DNA from: Enterobacteria phage KhF1 | Reading direction: 5' to 3' (one strand) | Sequence record: KT184313.1 | DNA length: 64,000 bases | In this document: piece after piece, positions 8,668 to 18,213 of the stretch | Layout of the letters: each line of letters opens with the position of its first letter | How positions within the stretch are numbered: the first letter of the stretch is position 1 | Program-made: the position numbers and the translations under genes | The notes under the pieces: model-generated | The model's database searches: none | The model's input: the letters and a program-made list of their open reading frames with translations, nothing else | Told to the model about the DNA's origin: nothing

Positions 8668-8692
8668 TTAAAAAGGCTCCCGTAGGAGCCTC
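8668..8692 (-). terminator. Intrinsic terminator downstream of NAMPT-like gene
   Basis: Minus strand AGGCTCC-TACG-GGAGCCT followed by T5; stem 8674-8691. Confidence 0.65.
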
Positions 8693-8705
8693 TTATCATA
8701 TACTT

Positions 8706-10487
8706 TTAAAGCTGCTTGTCAATATTATTTCGAATATCACCAAGCGTTGTGTAACCGAACTGCTCAGAGTCGCTAAAGACTAAACGTAAAGCACAAGCTG
8801 GATGTTCAAGTACATCTGCAAAGCTCTGGAATCCATAGCCATCTACAGCTTTCAACTTATCACCATCCCACATAGGTGCTACACCACCAAAAGCAGACTT
8901 CTTAACACCACTATCTGTTTTAGGGTCTTTTGCAAGCATAATCTCTTTACCACCAATGCTTGCAAGAGTTGCTTTAACAGCAAATGCAAAGGTGTCACGA
9001 GTCATGTACTGGTAAGTGTAAGAGCCTACGCCAAACACTACGTTAGAGCTTGCAAAACCCATTTCATACAGACGCTTCAGGATTTCGTTTGCACGTTCCA
9101 GCGTGATAGAGTCGCCATAGATAAGGCCAATGTGCTCATCCAGTACCTTAAAACCTTTAGAGTTAATAGTTCCTCCAAAGATGTTGTACAGTGTCTTAAT
9201 AGCTCCATCAATCTCAGCTACAGGACGTGTTACAACGTTTGCAGAACCAACCATATAAGCGTTTTTCAACAGCACTGTATCAGCAACTTCAAAGTCTTCT
9301 CTGTCAACAACCATTTCGTAGCCTTCTGACAGTAGCCATCCAGCAATACCATAATTGATGTTTTCAAGCTTCATGTTCAGAACAGCATTCAACATTGTGT
9401 CGCTGGCTTCCAGCTTGCTAAGGTGCTCATAATAAGCCTTTTTAGCACACTCTAAGTGGATTGCTTTATAACCTGTGACAATATGTACAGGGTCTCCAGA
9501 GTCAGGACGAATTACCAGTTTACCGTCACGTCCCATAATCTCTTTGCGAAGTGCTGGTAAGATTTCTGACACAGTTCTCCAGAAGTTATAAGTGTCTGAA
9601 ACAATACTTGCAATACCAGTCGGGTAAGTCTCTGTTAAGAAGCGACGGAAGGTTTGCAACTCACCTTTGAAGCGTCTTTCTTCTTCAATCAATTCATTAC
9701 CACCTTCCCAAGCAATGTTTGCACACATTACAGAGTGTTCAGTGGCTGGTACAGAACCACCAATATCAGAGATTGGGTAAGACTGCCCGTAGATGCGTTT
9801 AGCTGTATATACAGCAGGGAAGCTATCAGTTCCTTTAAAGCTGGTTAAGTGGCCTACAGCATTAAATGCGTCATCAGTAAAGCCGGACATACCACGCATA
9901 GCAAAGTCATGGCACTGATAAGGTAAATGTAAGTCATTGTCACAAGTAAGGTCAGCCCACTTCTTACAGATACGTTTGTAGTGCAATGCAATAGTTGCGA
10001 TGGTACAAGCCTTCCAAATCTCAGCAGAGAAAGCATCTTCCAGATACCCTGCTACCCAATGGAAACCTGAAACAGTGTTCTGGAAGACAACCATTGGGAC
10101 ACGCATAGGGACAACTGTACCTTCTTCTACAGCGTATACTTCAACTGGCAGATAACCCAAGTCGTGAAGTGCTTCCCAATGCTCTCGACCGATAGCATCT
10201 TTACCCAGAACACCATTCATGACTTCTAAGATTTCGTCAATTGCTTCTTTTTTATCACGTTCAAAGAAGGTGGCATTCCAATGGTCTATCAAGTAATCTT
10301 TAACAAAACGTTGAATACCAAAAGCCACTACACCGTCAATTGCCAAAGGGCTGTTAAACCATTTGTCGCTACGTGGTGTCAGGTTGAACATCAAATATTC
10401 TGTTGCACTAGGGTACTGGTAAACATGACCAGATTTGTAAGCATCTGCGTTTAAACCTGCTGGTACTGCATAAAGTGATTTAGTCAT
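8706..10487 (-). CDS. Nicotinamide phosphoribosyltransferase family enzyme (NadV/NAMPT-like; possibly Namat-type)
   Basis: Matches NAMPT blocks: DAYKSGH, HDFAMRGMSG, FKGTDS, PATEHS, VSDTYN, IRPDSGDP, NSKGFKVL...YGDS, VFGVGS; 593 aa with about 80-aa insertion. Confidence 0.85.
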   Translation of the reverse strand: MTKSLYAVPAGLNADAYKSGHVYQYPSATEYLMFNLTPRSDKWFNSPLAIDGVVAFGIQRFVKDYLIDHWNATFFERDKKEAIDEILEVMNGVLGKDAIGREHWEALHDLGYLPVEVYAVEEGTVVPMRVPMVVFQNTVSGFHWVAGYLEDAFSAEIWKACTIATIALHYKRICKKWADLTCDNDLHLPYQCHDFAMRGMSGFTDDAFNAVGHLTSFKGTDSFPAVYTAKRIYGQSYPISDIGGSVPATEHSVMCANIAWEGGNELIEEERRFKGELQTFRRFLTETYPTGIASIVSDTYNFWRTVSEILPALRKEIMGRDGKLVIRPDSGDPVHIVTGYKAIHLECAKKAYYEHLSKLEASDTMLNAVLNMKLENINYGIAGWLLSEGYEMVVDREDFEVADTVLLKNAYMVGSANVVTRPVAEIDGAIKTLYNIFGGTINSKGFKVLDEHIGLIYGDSITLERANEILKRLYEMGFASSNVVFGVGSYTYQYMTRDTFAFAVKATLASIGGKEIMLAKDPKTDSGVKKSAFGGVAPMWDGDKLKAVDGYGFQSFADVLEHPACALRLVFSDSEQFGYTTLGDIRNNIDKQL

Positions 10488-10532
10488 CTTTTAATCTCTC
10501 TCAAAATGGGGCTTTCAATCCCCTATAAACTT

Positions 10533-11429
10533 TCAATCAAGGTTTGCTACAGTAACTTGACTATAATGTGTTAAGCCACGGTCTTTAGCTTCGCCTAAAG
10601 AGTTTGTAGTGTAAATATGGTCGATACCGTTGTCAAGAAGGTTTTCAACACCTTTAGAGAAGATACCATGTGTTACATAAAGCTCAACACGTTTTGCACC
10701 TGCTTCACGTAGGTGTTTAGCTGCCTCTACGAAGGTTCGACCACCATCACAGATATCATCAAGAATCATGACGGTTTTATCGGTCAAATCAACATCGTCA
10801 AGGATTCGCATACCAGTGATTTCTCCAGTCTTAAGATTTCGCACCTTAGACATTGTGATATATGGTTTATCCACCTCTTTAGCAGTCTCTGCAATCTTCT
10901 TAGAAGCACCTGCATCTGGGGCTACTAAGTAATCAATTAGAGGGTCATTTGCATAGTGGACTGCAATCTCCTTTTGAGGAATACTCTGGAAGCAGTTAAA
11001 CAGGTTATCTGGTACATAGCTGTGAGGGTCAACTGCACAGACTGCGCCAAACCCCATTGCATTAATCTGTTTAGCAAAAACCTTTAAAGCTGCTGCGTCG
11101 CCTTTAAACATGTGACGGTCATAACGTGCATTTGGTAAGTAGTAAAAGATGACAGTCTTTAAAGCATAATCATGAGGAATTAAATCATCAATTGCTTCTT
11201 TAGCAAGTGCCACAGCAAACAATGTATCCTTATCATAACCTTTTACAATCATAATCACATTGTTGATGGATGATGCTGCATAAGCAGTGAAATCAACAAA
11301 CTCTGGCGAAAAGTGTCCACCAATCTCACCAGAAGGAAATTGGATGATGTTAAACTCTTCTTCATGAGTTCCTTTAGTTGGTGAATGAACTGTAACACGG
11401 ATAGATGTTTTCATAGTTTTCTCTCTCAA
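10533..11429 (-). CDS. Ribose-phosphate pyrophosphokinase family enzyme (Prs-like; possibly Adps-type ADP-ribose pyrophosphokinase)
   Basis: PRPP-binding loop VMILDDICDGGRTF; NARYDR ribose-phosphate loop; C-terminal KRVELYVTHGIFS; 298 aa. Confidence 0.8.
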   Translation of the reverse strand: MREKTMKTSIRVTVHSPTKGTHEEEFNIIQFPSGEIGGHFSPEFVDFTAYAASSINNVIMIVKGYDKDTLFAVALAKEAIDDLIPHDYALKTVIFYYLPNARYDRHMFKGDAAALKVFAKQINAMGFGAVCAVDPHSYVPDNLFNCFQSIPQKEIAVHYANDPLIDYLVAPDAGASKKIAETAKEVDKPYITMSKVRNLKTGEITGMRILDDVDLTDKTVMILDDICDGGRTFVEAAKHLREAGAKRVELYVTHGIFSKGVENLLDNGIDHIYTTNSLGEAKDRGLTHYSQVTVANLD

Positions 11430-11704
11430 TCAAAAGTTACGTTTGTTACTGCCATTGCAGATTTGCATTTTTCAGGGTCTACAACGTGATAAAGTACACT
11501 ACAGTTACCTGTGCTGTCTGGTACAGGTTTAACCCATTGTTGCTTGACAGTTGGTTCGCCTAAGTCTTTGTAAGAACCATCTGTAAAGTTGTTTACCATC
11601 TCAAGTGCAATTGGCTCTGGAACATGACCACGTATCATGTACATTTCACAACCATTACCTCCTTCACTGACTAATGGTAAAATCTCCCACTTTTCTTTAG
11701 CCAT
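11426..11704 (-). CDS. Hypothetical protein (92 aa)
   Basis: ORF with 4-nt overlap to Prs-like gene. Confidence 0.4.
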   Translation of the reverse strand: MAKEKWEILPLVSEGGNGCEMYMIRGHVPEPIALEMVNNFTDGSYKDLGEPTVKQQWVKPVPDSTGNCSVLYHVVDPEKCKSAMAVTNVTFD

Positions 11705-12212
11705 TATAAGTTGCCCTATAAACTGTCTCGAACTTCAACAGGAGAGATATTGCCAAATCTGTATAGTTGTTGTCAAGCACATCTGGCATATTATTTTTGA
11801 TATATTTCTCTTGCTCTTCATAGGTCATCTTGGGGATACTTAGGAGGCTATCTCCTTGCTTCTGGTTATCAGTTTTAGTTTGGATAAACCAGTTTGCACA
11901 GTGATGTTCACCACCTTTTGTAACAGGTTTGTGATGACCTAATGTAAATGTTTGCTTACCCGTATACCTGCAAAGATTGTTCAGTGTTGCAATGGTGTTC
12001 TTCACAACACACCATTCATACAGGTTATCTATGGTGTAGTGTGGGTAATAACGGACAAGTGCTCTTTCACGGAAGTTATCACGATTCCAAAGAACCATGT
12101 GATTAGAATTTGAAGGGTCATATTTGTGGGAGTCTATAAACTCTTGACGCTCATCAAAGCTGAGTCTTAGAACTGACATTGCAGCAGAACGTTTTAGGTT
12201 TGACAGATACAT
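11697..12212 (-). CDS. Hypothetical protein; weak HNH-like His/Cys cluster
   Basis: LGHHKPVTKGGEHHCANW cluster; not a clean HNH motif. Confidence 0.35.
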   Translation of the reverse strand: MYLSNLKRSAAMSVLRLSFDERQEFIDSHKYDPSNSNHMVLWNRDNFRERALVRYYPHYTIDNLYEWCVVKNTIATLNNLCRYTGKQTFTLGHHKPVTKGGEHHCANWFIQTKTDNQKQGDSLLSIPKMTYEEQEKYIKNNMPDVLDNNYTDLAISLLLKFETVYRATYNG

Positions 12213-12262
12213 ATCATCTCCAAAATAAAAGGGAACCTTTACAGTTCCCTTATAGTATCTGT

Positions 12263-12583
12263 TTACTGAGCTACTTTCAAGATGCTTGTGAATGAAATCT
12301 CACTCTCATCCATAAACTCTTTTGCTTCCCCAGTAACTTTTACAAAGTTATCTAGGCAGATAATCTTCTTATCTTTCTTGCTGTAGGTTAGCTTAACCTT
12401 TTCAATATCTTTCTTAGAGCTTTTCTCTTCATTAAAGAGTTTTACAGCTTCTTTGAATGGTAGGTATGAGCCATCATCATCGCTAATAAAACCTGTACCA
12501 CAATAGTAGAAGTTATATTCTTTAGCCATAAACTGGCACAGTACGAAAATCTGTAATTTACGAGTGTTATAAACTTTGCTCAT
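12263..12583 (-). CDS. Hypothetical protein (106 aa)
   Basis: ORF in packed block. Confidence 0.4.
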   Translation of the reverse strand: MSKVYNTRKLQIFVLCQFMAKEYNFYYCGTGFISDDDGSYLPFKEAVKLFNEEKSSKKDIEKVKLTYSKKDKKIICLDNFVKVTGEAKEFMDESEISFTSILKVAQ

Positions 12584-12585
12584 GA

Positions 12586-12843
12586 TTATTTAGCCTTCTT
12601 ATTACGTTTACGGTTACGAGCTTTCTTAGCTGCTCGTTTAATAGCTGCTGCACCAGACGGACGGTGGGCTTGTTTCTTACCACCTTTGCCACGGCCTACA
12701 TAGATACTTTTCATAATCTCATTAGCCAGCTTCTCATCCATCTTAAAGTTCTGCATAAGATGAGTCACATCAACACCAGTGAGCATACCTAATGAAGCTA
12801 GTGCTGCTTTTACTTTTGATTTAAAACTATTCCAGAGTCCCAT
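12586..12843 (-). CDS. Small basic protein with Lys/Arg-rich C-terminal tail
   Basis: C-terminus AAIKRAAKKARNRKRNKKAK; possible nucleic-acid binding. Confidence 0.4.
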   Translation of the reverse strand: MGLWNSFKSKVKAALASLGMLTGVDVTHLMQNFKMDEKLANEIMKSIYVGRGKGGKKQAHRPSGAAAIKRAAKKARNRKRNKKAK

Positions 12844-12968
12844 TTCATATCTCTCTCAATCTTTTCACAAAAGGTTTTAAGTTCTTCTTCAGTGACACCA
12901 AACGGTTAAGTTTGTTCTGTAGAACATTGTAAAGTGGCCTTTACCGATAACCTACTTTACGACGAGAC

Positions 12969-13454
12969 TTACTCGGCTCGCCACTGACAATCACCTTGCC
13001 ACCCATACTCTTTTCTCCAGAGGTTTTGGTTATCAGAACCACGATACGGTTTAACTGTTGGTTTAGATGAATCATACTTACCATCAATCACCACGTCAAC
13101 ATATTTCATTACATCTAGGTGAATTTTTTCGTGTAACTGAAAACCTGTCCAGAGCCAGATAGACTTCTCTGGGTAAACAGTTTTAATACGTTTACATATA
13201 TTGGTAACCTCTTGAATATTTCTATCATCCAGAGGTTCTCCACCAAGTATTGACAACCCACTGACAGCATCGTCACCCATTAACTGGATGATTCCATATA
13301 GGTTTGCATAAGTGAACACTTTACCAGCATTAAACTTCCAAGACTCCCTGTTAAAGCAGCCTTCGCAGTGATGCTTACAACCAGCTACGAAGAGGCTTAC
13401 ACGAACCCCTTCACCATTAGCTGTGTCAAATGGTCGAATCTCCATGTAATTCAT
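12969..13454 (-). CDS. nrdG: Anaerobic ribonucleotide reductase activating protein (radical SAM)
   Basis: CKHHCEGC radical-SAM-type Cys cluster near N-terminus; 161 aa; near nrdD. Confidence 0.7.
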   Translation of the reverse strand: MNYMEIRPFDTANGEGVRVSLFVAGCKHHCEGCFNRESWKFNAGKVFTYANLYGIIQLMGDDAVSGLSILGGEPLDDRNIQEVTNICKRIKTVYPEKSIWLWTGFQLHEKIHLDVMKYVDVVIDGKYDSSKPTVKPYRGSDNQNLWRKEYGWQGDCQWRAE

Positions 13455-13463
13455 CTAGTTACC

Positions 13464-13763
13464 TCACCAATACATATAAGTGTTCTTAGCGGCTTTCTTT
13501 GGAGACTTGCTATCAATGTCAAAGTCTTCATCTAAGAAGGATGTCTTAGAAAGCTGCCTGATTTGTGTTCTTGTAAGACGTTTAGTAGCCTTCTTAATCT
13601 CCCTACAAGGTTGACTTGTAAAGTCATAAGAGCCACCTTTTCTGGACATCATATCAGAGTGGTAGTAGACCTCTGAAGCATTTTCTCTGTTACGTACCTC
13701 ATTTCTCCACTCATAAAGTCCATGAACGTTCTTTAAACCTTTTCTTCGAATTGTTTTACTCAT
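13464..13763 (-). CDS. Hypothetical protein (99 aa)
   Basis: ATGA start/stop overlap with upstream gene. Confidence 0.4.
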   Translation of the reverse strand: MSKTIRRKGLKNVHGLYEWRNEVRNRENASEVYYHSDMMSRKGGSYDFTSQPCREIKKATKRLTRTQIRQLSKTSFLDEDFDIDSKSPKKAAKNTYMYW

Positions 13764-14155
13764 TCAAACACCACCTGACAAGGAACCTGTTTAGTAATAA
13801 ATTCTTCACAGTGCTCTTTAATGAAGTTTTGTAATGGTACACAATCTTGTGCGCAAGTCATTAGCATAATGTACTCTGGATTCATGATGTTTTCAAGACT
13901 GTAGAAGACAACATCATCAGATAGTTCGTGACCATCTTCTTCAGACCAAGTTCCAGTGACTACAGCTAATTTGTCAAGCAATTCATTAGGCAATGCTACA
14001 CCATCTTCTACAGAATCACTTAGAACATTGTCGCCGATATACAATGTGAAGACCGTGTGGAATGTTGAGTATCTTACGTGATTCTTTTCACAAGAGCCAC
14101 ACTCTGAGGCATAATCTTTAATCCACTCTAACTGTTTTTGGCTCAACTTAATCAT
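13760..14155 (-). CDS. Hypothetical protein (131 aa)
   Basis: Start/stop overlaps with neighbours on both sides. Confidence 0.4.
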   Translation of the reverse strand: MIKLSQKQLEWIKDYASECGSCEKNHVRYSTFHTVFTLYIGDNVLSDSVEDGVALPNELLDKLAVVTGTWSEEDGHELSDDVVFYSLENIMNPEYIMLMTCAQDCVPLQNFIKEHCEEFITKQVPCQVVFE

Positions 14156-14352
14156 AATTTCACCTTAGTTGGTAATGCACTGAATGCTATGACTAACCCT
14201 AAAAATGGTTTGAAGCATGACCATAAATCCATCTGACCATGATATGAGAAACTCCATTGTGGGTCTGAAAAACCCCATACCATAACACTAACCCCAAAGA
14301 AGAAGACTAGAATATGGAGTATGTATATCAACGCTTTTGATATCTTAAACAT
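14152..14352 (-). CDS. Small membrane protein (66 aa)
   Basis: Hydrophobic segment ILHILVFFFGVSVMVWGF. Confidence 0.35.
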   Translation of the reverse strand: MFKISKALIYILHILVFFFGVSVMVWGFSDPQWSFSYHGQMDLWSCFKPFLGLVIAFSALPTKVKL

Positions 14353-14505
14353 TTTAACTTACCTTTCAATTCACAATAAGAGAGTCCTAAAAAGAACCCT
14401 AGTAAGACAGAACCTATGAACAACCCAATAATACTCTCTGCCATATCTAACATCCAATAAAAAGGTGATGTAAGCCTAACAAGACTCACACCACCATGTC
14501 AAGTT

Positions 14506-16650
14506 TTACATAGAAACTCTGTCACGAATCTCAGCGATTTTTGCATCGTTCATTCGGGATTCACCTTTAATCTTAGTCCATCCAAGATACCCACACACCC
14601 TGTTAATCACAGAGATATCATGTGAGTGACAAACTTCACATTCTTCAACATCAGCCTTTGGCCTGTTACCACAATGTTCACAGATTGCTAAGTCAAAGTT
14701 AAGTCCCTGATAGAAACCTTTCAACATTCCTCTTGTAATACAACTTTTAAGTGCTGATAAGTTTTCTGGATTAGCTACCCTTACATACTGGATTCTTCCG
14801 CCTCTACAGATATGGAAGAAGGGTTCTTCTAAGTCCTGCTTCTCAAATGGTGTAATATCTGCTGCAACATTCATATGGAAACTGTTTGTAAAGTATTCCT
14901 TATCAGAAACACCTTTGATAACCCCAAACATATCTCTGAACTGTTTTAGTTGAGTTCCGCAAAGTGATTCTGCTGGAGTACCATAGACGGCATATAAGAA
15001 GCCATCTTCATTTTTAAACTCTTCGGTTTTCATGTTGATGTATGCCAGAACATCATATGCAAAACTATAGCTTCCAACTTCATGAAGTCGTTTACCTTCA
15101 GCAAGAACAGACAACTCATCAAGCGCAGTAACACCAAAAGAAGCTGTGAAGGACTTCACAATATCCCAACCAACCCTGTCAGTAGGCTTCTTAGTTCCTT
15201 TATACAGACCACCTTGTGTAAATGCAAGAGGGTTAGAACTTGCTGGCATATTAGCAATCATTTCGTAACGTTTCTTGTGGAAGCTGCGAATCATTTCTAG
15301 GTACTTATCAAGCTCTTTCCAGAAGTCTAAACCATTCTCTTTAGAATACTGGTAAATCATTGGTAAGTTCAAAGATACAGCACCAATGTTAGCACGACCA
15401 ACGTAGAACTCTTCCCCATTCTCGTTAAGATACGGAGATAAGAACGCTCGGCAACCCATCGGTGAAATTACCTTGCCAGAACGCTCAAAAGCCTCTGCTA
15501 CAGCACCATGACCAGATACACTTAAGAAATCTGGATACATTGCTTTAGAGCAACACTCAATAGCTTTACTGTACAGGTGGCCTTGACAGATATTCTCATT
15601 GTGTCTCTTCTGGTCATAAATATAAACCAGTTTAGGGAATACAACAGGTTTCTTACTCTTACCTTGACCATTCATACGAACATCTAGGAGAGTACTTGCA
15701 ATCATATATTGCAGTCGGTTATCTTCATTGGACATATCTGAGTCAAGTAACCCGAATGTCAAAGTTGTGAATGCAAAATCACCACGGCTACAAGGCACGG
15801 TATTTAGTTTCATCTCAAGTGACTGAAAACCTTGAGTCAGTTCAATTTGTAACTGCTCCATTACATAATTGTGGTAATGCTCTTTAGGAATACCATAAGA
15901 TGATGCTTTCTCAGCATGATAGCGTAGAGACTTCTTAGCATACGGTACAAGTACCTTATCAATCTCTGCTAAAGTAAAACCACCAAATTGCTGTGCAGTT
16001 GCTGAAAGTACTACGTCACCAATAACCTGTAAGGCCGACAGCACAGACTTTGGTTCACAATATTCGATGCCAGACATTTCAAAGCCACCTTTCAGGACTT
16101 TGCCAATGTCAAACAGGCAACAGTTGATACCACCAAAAATTAGGTCTCTTAAATCATGGATATAGATAAATCCTTTTTCAATGGCTTCAAGTTCCTCTGG
16201 TGTTAAATGGTACTGTTTAAAGATTTCTTTAGTCAGGTAACCACGAATAATTGAACCTTTTGTAGAAATTAAACTGCTGTCAAAATTAGCGTTTTCTCGG
16301 TCGCCTAAGAAAAGTGTATCTTTGGTCTTCTGGTAGAGTTCATCCCAATTTTGAGCAACTTCTTTACGGTAATTTCTATATGTTGAGTAAGACTCATAAA
16401 TCTCGTGATTGACTTCTGCCAAAGCACCCTCAACAATACTGTGAATATCATTTACAGAAATTAGCAAATTATTCTGCTTAGTGGACTTTACCAGAATCCT
16501 CATAAATGCTGACTCAAGAGCTTGAGTAACATCTGGTGGAAGCTCTTTATAACCAACTCTGTTAGCTGACTTTGTGACTGCTGCTAAAACTTTTTTGATA
16601 TCAGGTTCTTCAAGTGAGCCATTCTTTTTAATAATCTGTACTTTGTTCAT
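14506..16650 (-). CDS. nrdD: Anaerobic ribonucleoside-triphosphate reductase (class III)
   Basis: N-terminal ATP-cone; C-terminal zinc ribbon CEHCGN...CEVCH and glycyl-radical motif RVCGYLG; 714 aa. Confidence 0.9.
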   Translation of the reverse strand: MNKVQIIKKNGSLEEPDIKKVLAAVTKSANRVGYKELPPDVTQALESAFMRILVKSTKQNNLLISVNDIHSIVEGALAEVNHEIYESYSTYRNYRKEVAQNWDELYQKTKDTLFLGDRENANFDSSLISTKGSIIRGYLTKEIFKQYHLTPEELEAIEKGFIYIHDLRDLIFGGINCCLFDIGKVLKGGFEMSGIEYCEPKSVLSALQVIGDVVLSATAQQFGGFTLAEIDKVLVPYAKKSLRYHAEKASSYGIPKEHYHNYVMEQLQIELTQGFQSLEMKLNTVPCSRGDFAFTTLTFGLLDSDMSNEDNRLQYMIASTLLDVRMNGQGKSKKPVVFPKLVYIYDQKRHNENICQGHLYSKAIECCSKAMYPDFLSVSGHGAVAEAFERSGKVISPMGCRAFLSPYLNENGEEFYVGRANIGAVSLNLPMIYQYSKENGLDFWKELDKYLEMIRSFHKKRYEMIANMPASSNPLAFTQGGLYKGTKKPTDRVGWDIVKSFTASFGVTALDELSVLAEGKRLHEVGSYSFAYDVLAYINMKTEEFKNEDGFLYAVYGTPAESLCGTQLKQFRDMFGVIKGVSDKEYFTNSFHMNVAADITPFEKQDLEEPFFHICRGGRIQYVRVANPENLSALKSCITRGMLKGFYQGLNFDLAICEHCGNRPKADVEECEVCHSHDISVINRVCGYLGWTKIKGESRMNDAKIAEIRDRVSM

Positions 16651-16667
16651 TATTGCCCCTTTACATG

Positions 16668-16692
16668 CTAAAAAGGTCTCCGAAGAGACCCT
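16668..16692 (-). terminator. Intrinsic terminator immediately upstream of nrdD
   Basis: Minus strand GGTCTC-TTCG-GAGACC followed by T5; stem 16675-16690. Confidence 0.6.
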
Positions 16693-16698
16693 TTCATT

Positions 16699-16905
16699 TT
16701 AAATCTTTTTAGAAAACTTCGCAAAGAGTTCTCTTAGTTTTTCAGTGATACCTAACTGTATCTCTAATATTTCAAAGATAACCCATAGTAACATGGCCCC
16801 AAACAATGAACCTTGTTCAAAATCAGTAAATAGGTTAACAATCAGCATACCAATCACAATAGCTGGTGCATCGACAACCAAACCTTCCCAAATGCGTTTA
16901 AGCAT
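16699..16905 (-). CDS. Small membrane protein (68 aa)
   Basis: Hydrophobic helices; overlaps glutaredoxin gene stop. Confidence 0.35.
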   Translation of the reverse strand: MLKRIWEGLVVDAPAIVIGMLIVNLFTDFEQGSLFGAMLLWVIFEILEIQLGITEKLRELFAKFSKKI

Positions 16906-17140
16906 TATTCACCTCTGCCATAAAATTCTGTAGCGTCCCAACAGGTTTTAGGTTTTGTCCATCAGTTTTCATGATGAATGGCATCTGACGAACTGGCATC
17001 TGTGCAATATCCATCAGGTCTGACAGTTCATAGTCCTGCCCTAACATTCTCACAACATGGTCAATACCACGAGCTTTTGCAAAATTCTTTGCAGTCTCAC
17101 ACTGAGGGCATCCAGTTTTGGAGTAAATCACATAAGTCAT
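16898..17140 (-). CDS. Glutaredoxin-like protein (NrdH/Grx family)
   Basis: N-terminal redox motif YSKTGCPQCETAK; 80 aa; adjacent to nrdB. Confidence 0.7.
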   Translation of the reverse strand: MTYVIYSKTGCPQCETAKNFAKARGIDHVVRMLGQDYELSDLMDIAQMPVRQMPFIMKTDGQNLKPVGTLQNFMAEVNNA

Positions 17141-18213
17141 TAAGGAACCTCTAAAAATCCACTATTCAAATCATCTACAACAGTATTCAACAGGTACGCA
17201 CCGTTCTGTTGCTCCTGATTAGCATTCTGCTCTTTATCAATTTCCATCTTCTTAATCATATACTTCAAAGGTGGTTCTTTAGGAGCTACAAAATCTCTGG
17301 GAATGCCAAACATATCATACAGTGGGGCAGCATTATAGTAAACCCACTCATGAAGAAGTTTTGTATTTAAGCCAACTACAGCACGTCCTTCGGAGAAGAT
17401 ATAATACGACCATTTCTCTTCACTTTCAACTACTTCATCTAAGATTACTTTAATCTCTGGAAGAATTTGTTGAAAAGCTTTCTGCCACTCATCATCTCTT
17501 AAAGTTTCTTTTAAAACTTCAATATCAATCTTGGTGTGAAGGATTTCATCAAGCATAATTTTCTGGACAGCTTGAGCAATACCCTGAAATTTATCCTGAG
17601 CATCAAGTGCAAAGGTACATGCAAAGGATGCCATGAAGGAAATGCCTTCAAGTGCAGTCACTGCAAATAGACCTTTTAGAATCACTTTATGGAAGTGTAA
17701 TGGGTCTTTGTCCAGAAGTGAGTCACGCACATAACTGAGACGATAGTTTATGCCTTCATCCAGTAATTCTTCAAGAACACGATTCACAGTTTTTAATCGG
17801 TCTTGCACAGCAACATTCTGATTAATCTCATCTAAGATTGTTTCAGGGTTTTTAATACATTGCCTTACAATCTCTGAGTAAGTAAGAGCATGTAGGTTTT
17901 CAATCTCAGACTGCTTCATAATTGCAGTTGCATAGATGTCATCAGAGATGAATGGTGCAAAGGCGAATGCCAAGCTCTTAGCAACTTGGGTATCTGCTTC
18001 CCATTGCCACTTAAGAATCTCAAGCATTACACCTGACATTGATGCTGGGACACTCTCAAAATCAAGACGTGATTGTTCAAAAGGGAACTCATCTTCTGAC
18101 CAGTCTTGTGCTTTTTGTTGTTTATAAAGTTCAAAGATTTTTGGGTAGTGCTTATTAAGTGAGTCAAAAGTTTTTCTCTCACCACCTAAAAAGATTGGGT
18201 GCTGGTTAATCAT
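17140..18213 (-). CDS. nrdB: Ribonucleotide reductase small subunit (class Ia)
   Basis: LEGISFMASFA and DEILHT iron-ligand-type blocks; start set at internal ATG (MINQHPIF) preceded by AAGGAG. Confidence 0.85.
   Translation of the reverse strand: MINQHPIFLGGERKTFDSLNKHYPKIFELYKQQKAQDWSEDEFPFEQSRLDFESVPASMSGVMLEILKWQWEADTQVAKSLAFAFAPFISDDIYATAIMKQSEIENLHALTYSEIVRQCIKNPETILDEINQNVAVQDRLKTVNRVLEELLDEGINYRLSYVRDSLLDKDPLHFHKVILKGLFAVTALEGISFMASFACTFALDAQDKFQGIAQAVQKIMLDEILHTKIDIEVLKETLRDDEWQKAFQQILPEIKVILDEVVESEEKWSYYIFSEGRAVVGLNTKLLHEWVYYNAAPLYDMFGIPRDFVAPKEPPLKYMIKKMEIDKEQNANQEQQNGAYLLNTVVDDLNSGFLEVP

Noticed and set aside
10495-10530. Terminator between the Prs-like and NAMPT-like genes
   Set aside because: Only a 4-5 bp GGGG/CCCC stem with a long loop; the two genes are more likely co-transcribed.
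14353-14505. 38-aa hydrophobic mini-ORF (MAESIIGLFIGSVLLGFFLG...) on the minus strand
   Set aside because: Very short, overlaps the start of the downstream gene in another frame, and lacks a clear RBS; insufficient support.
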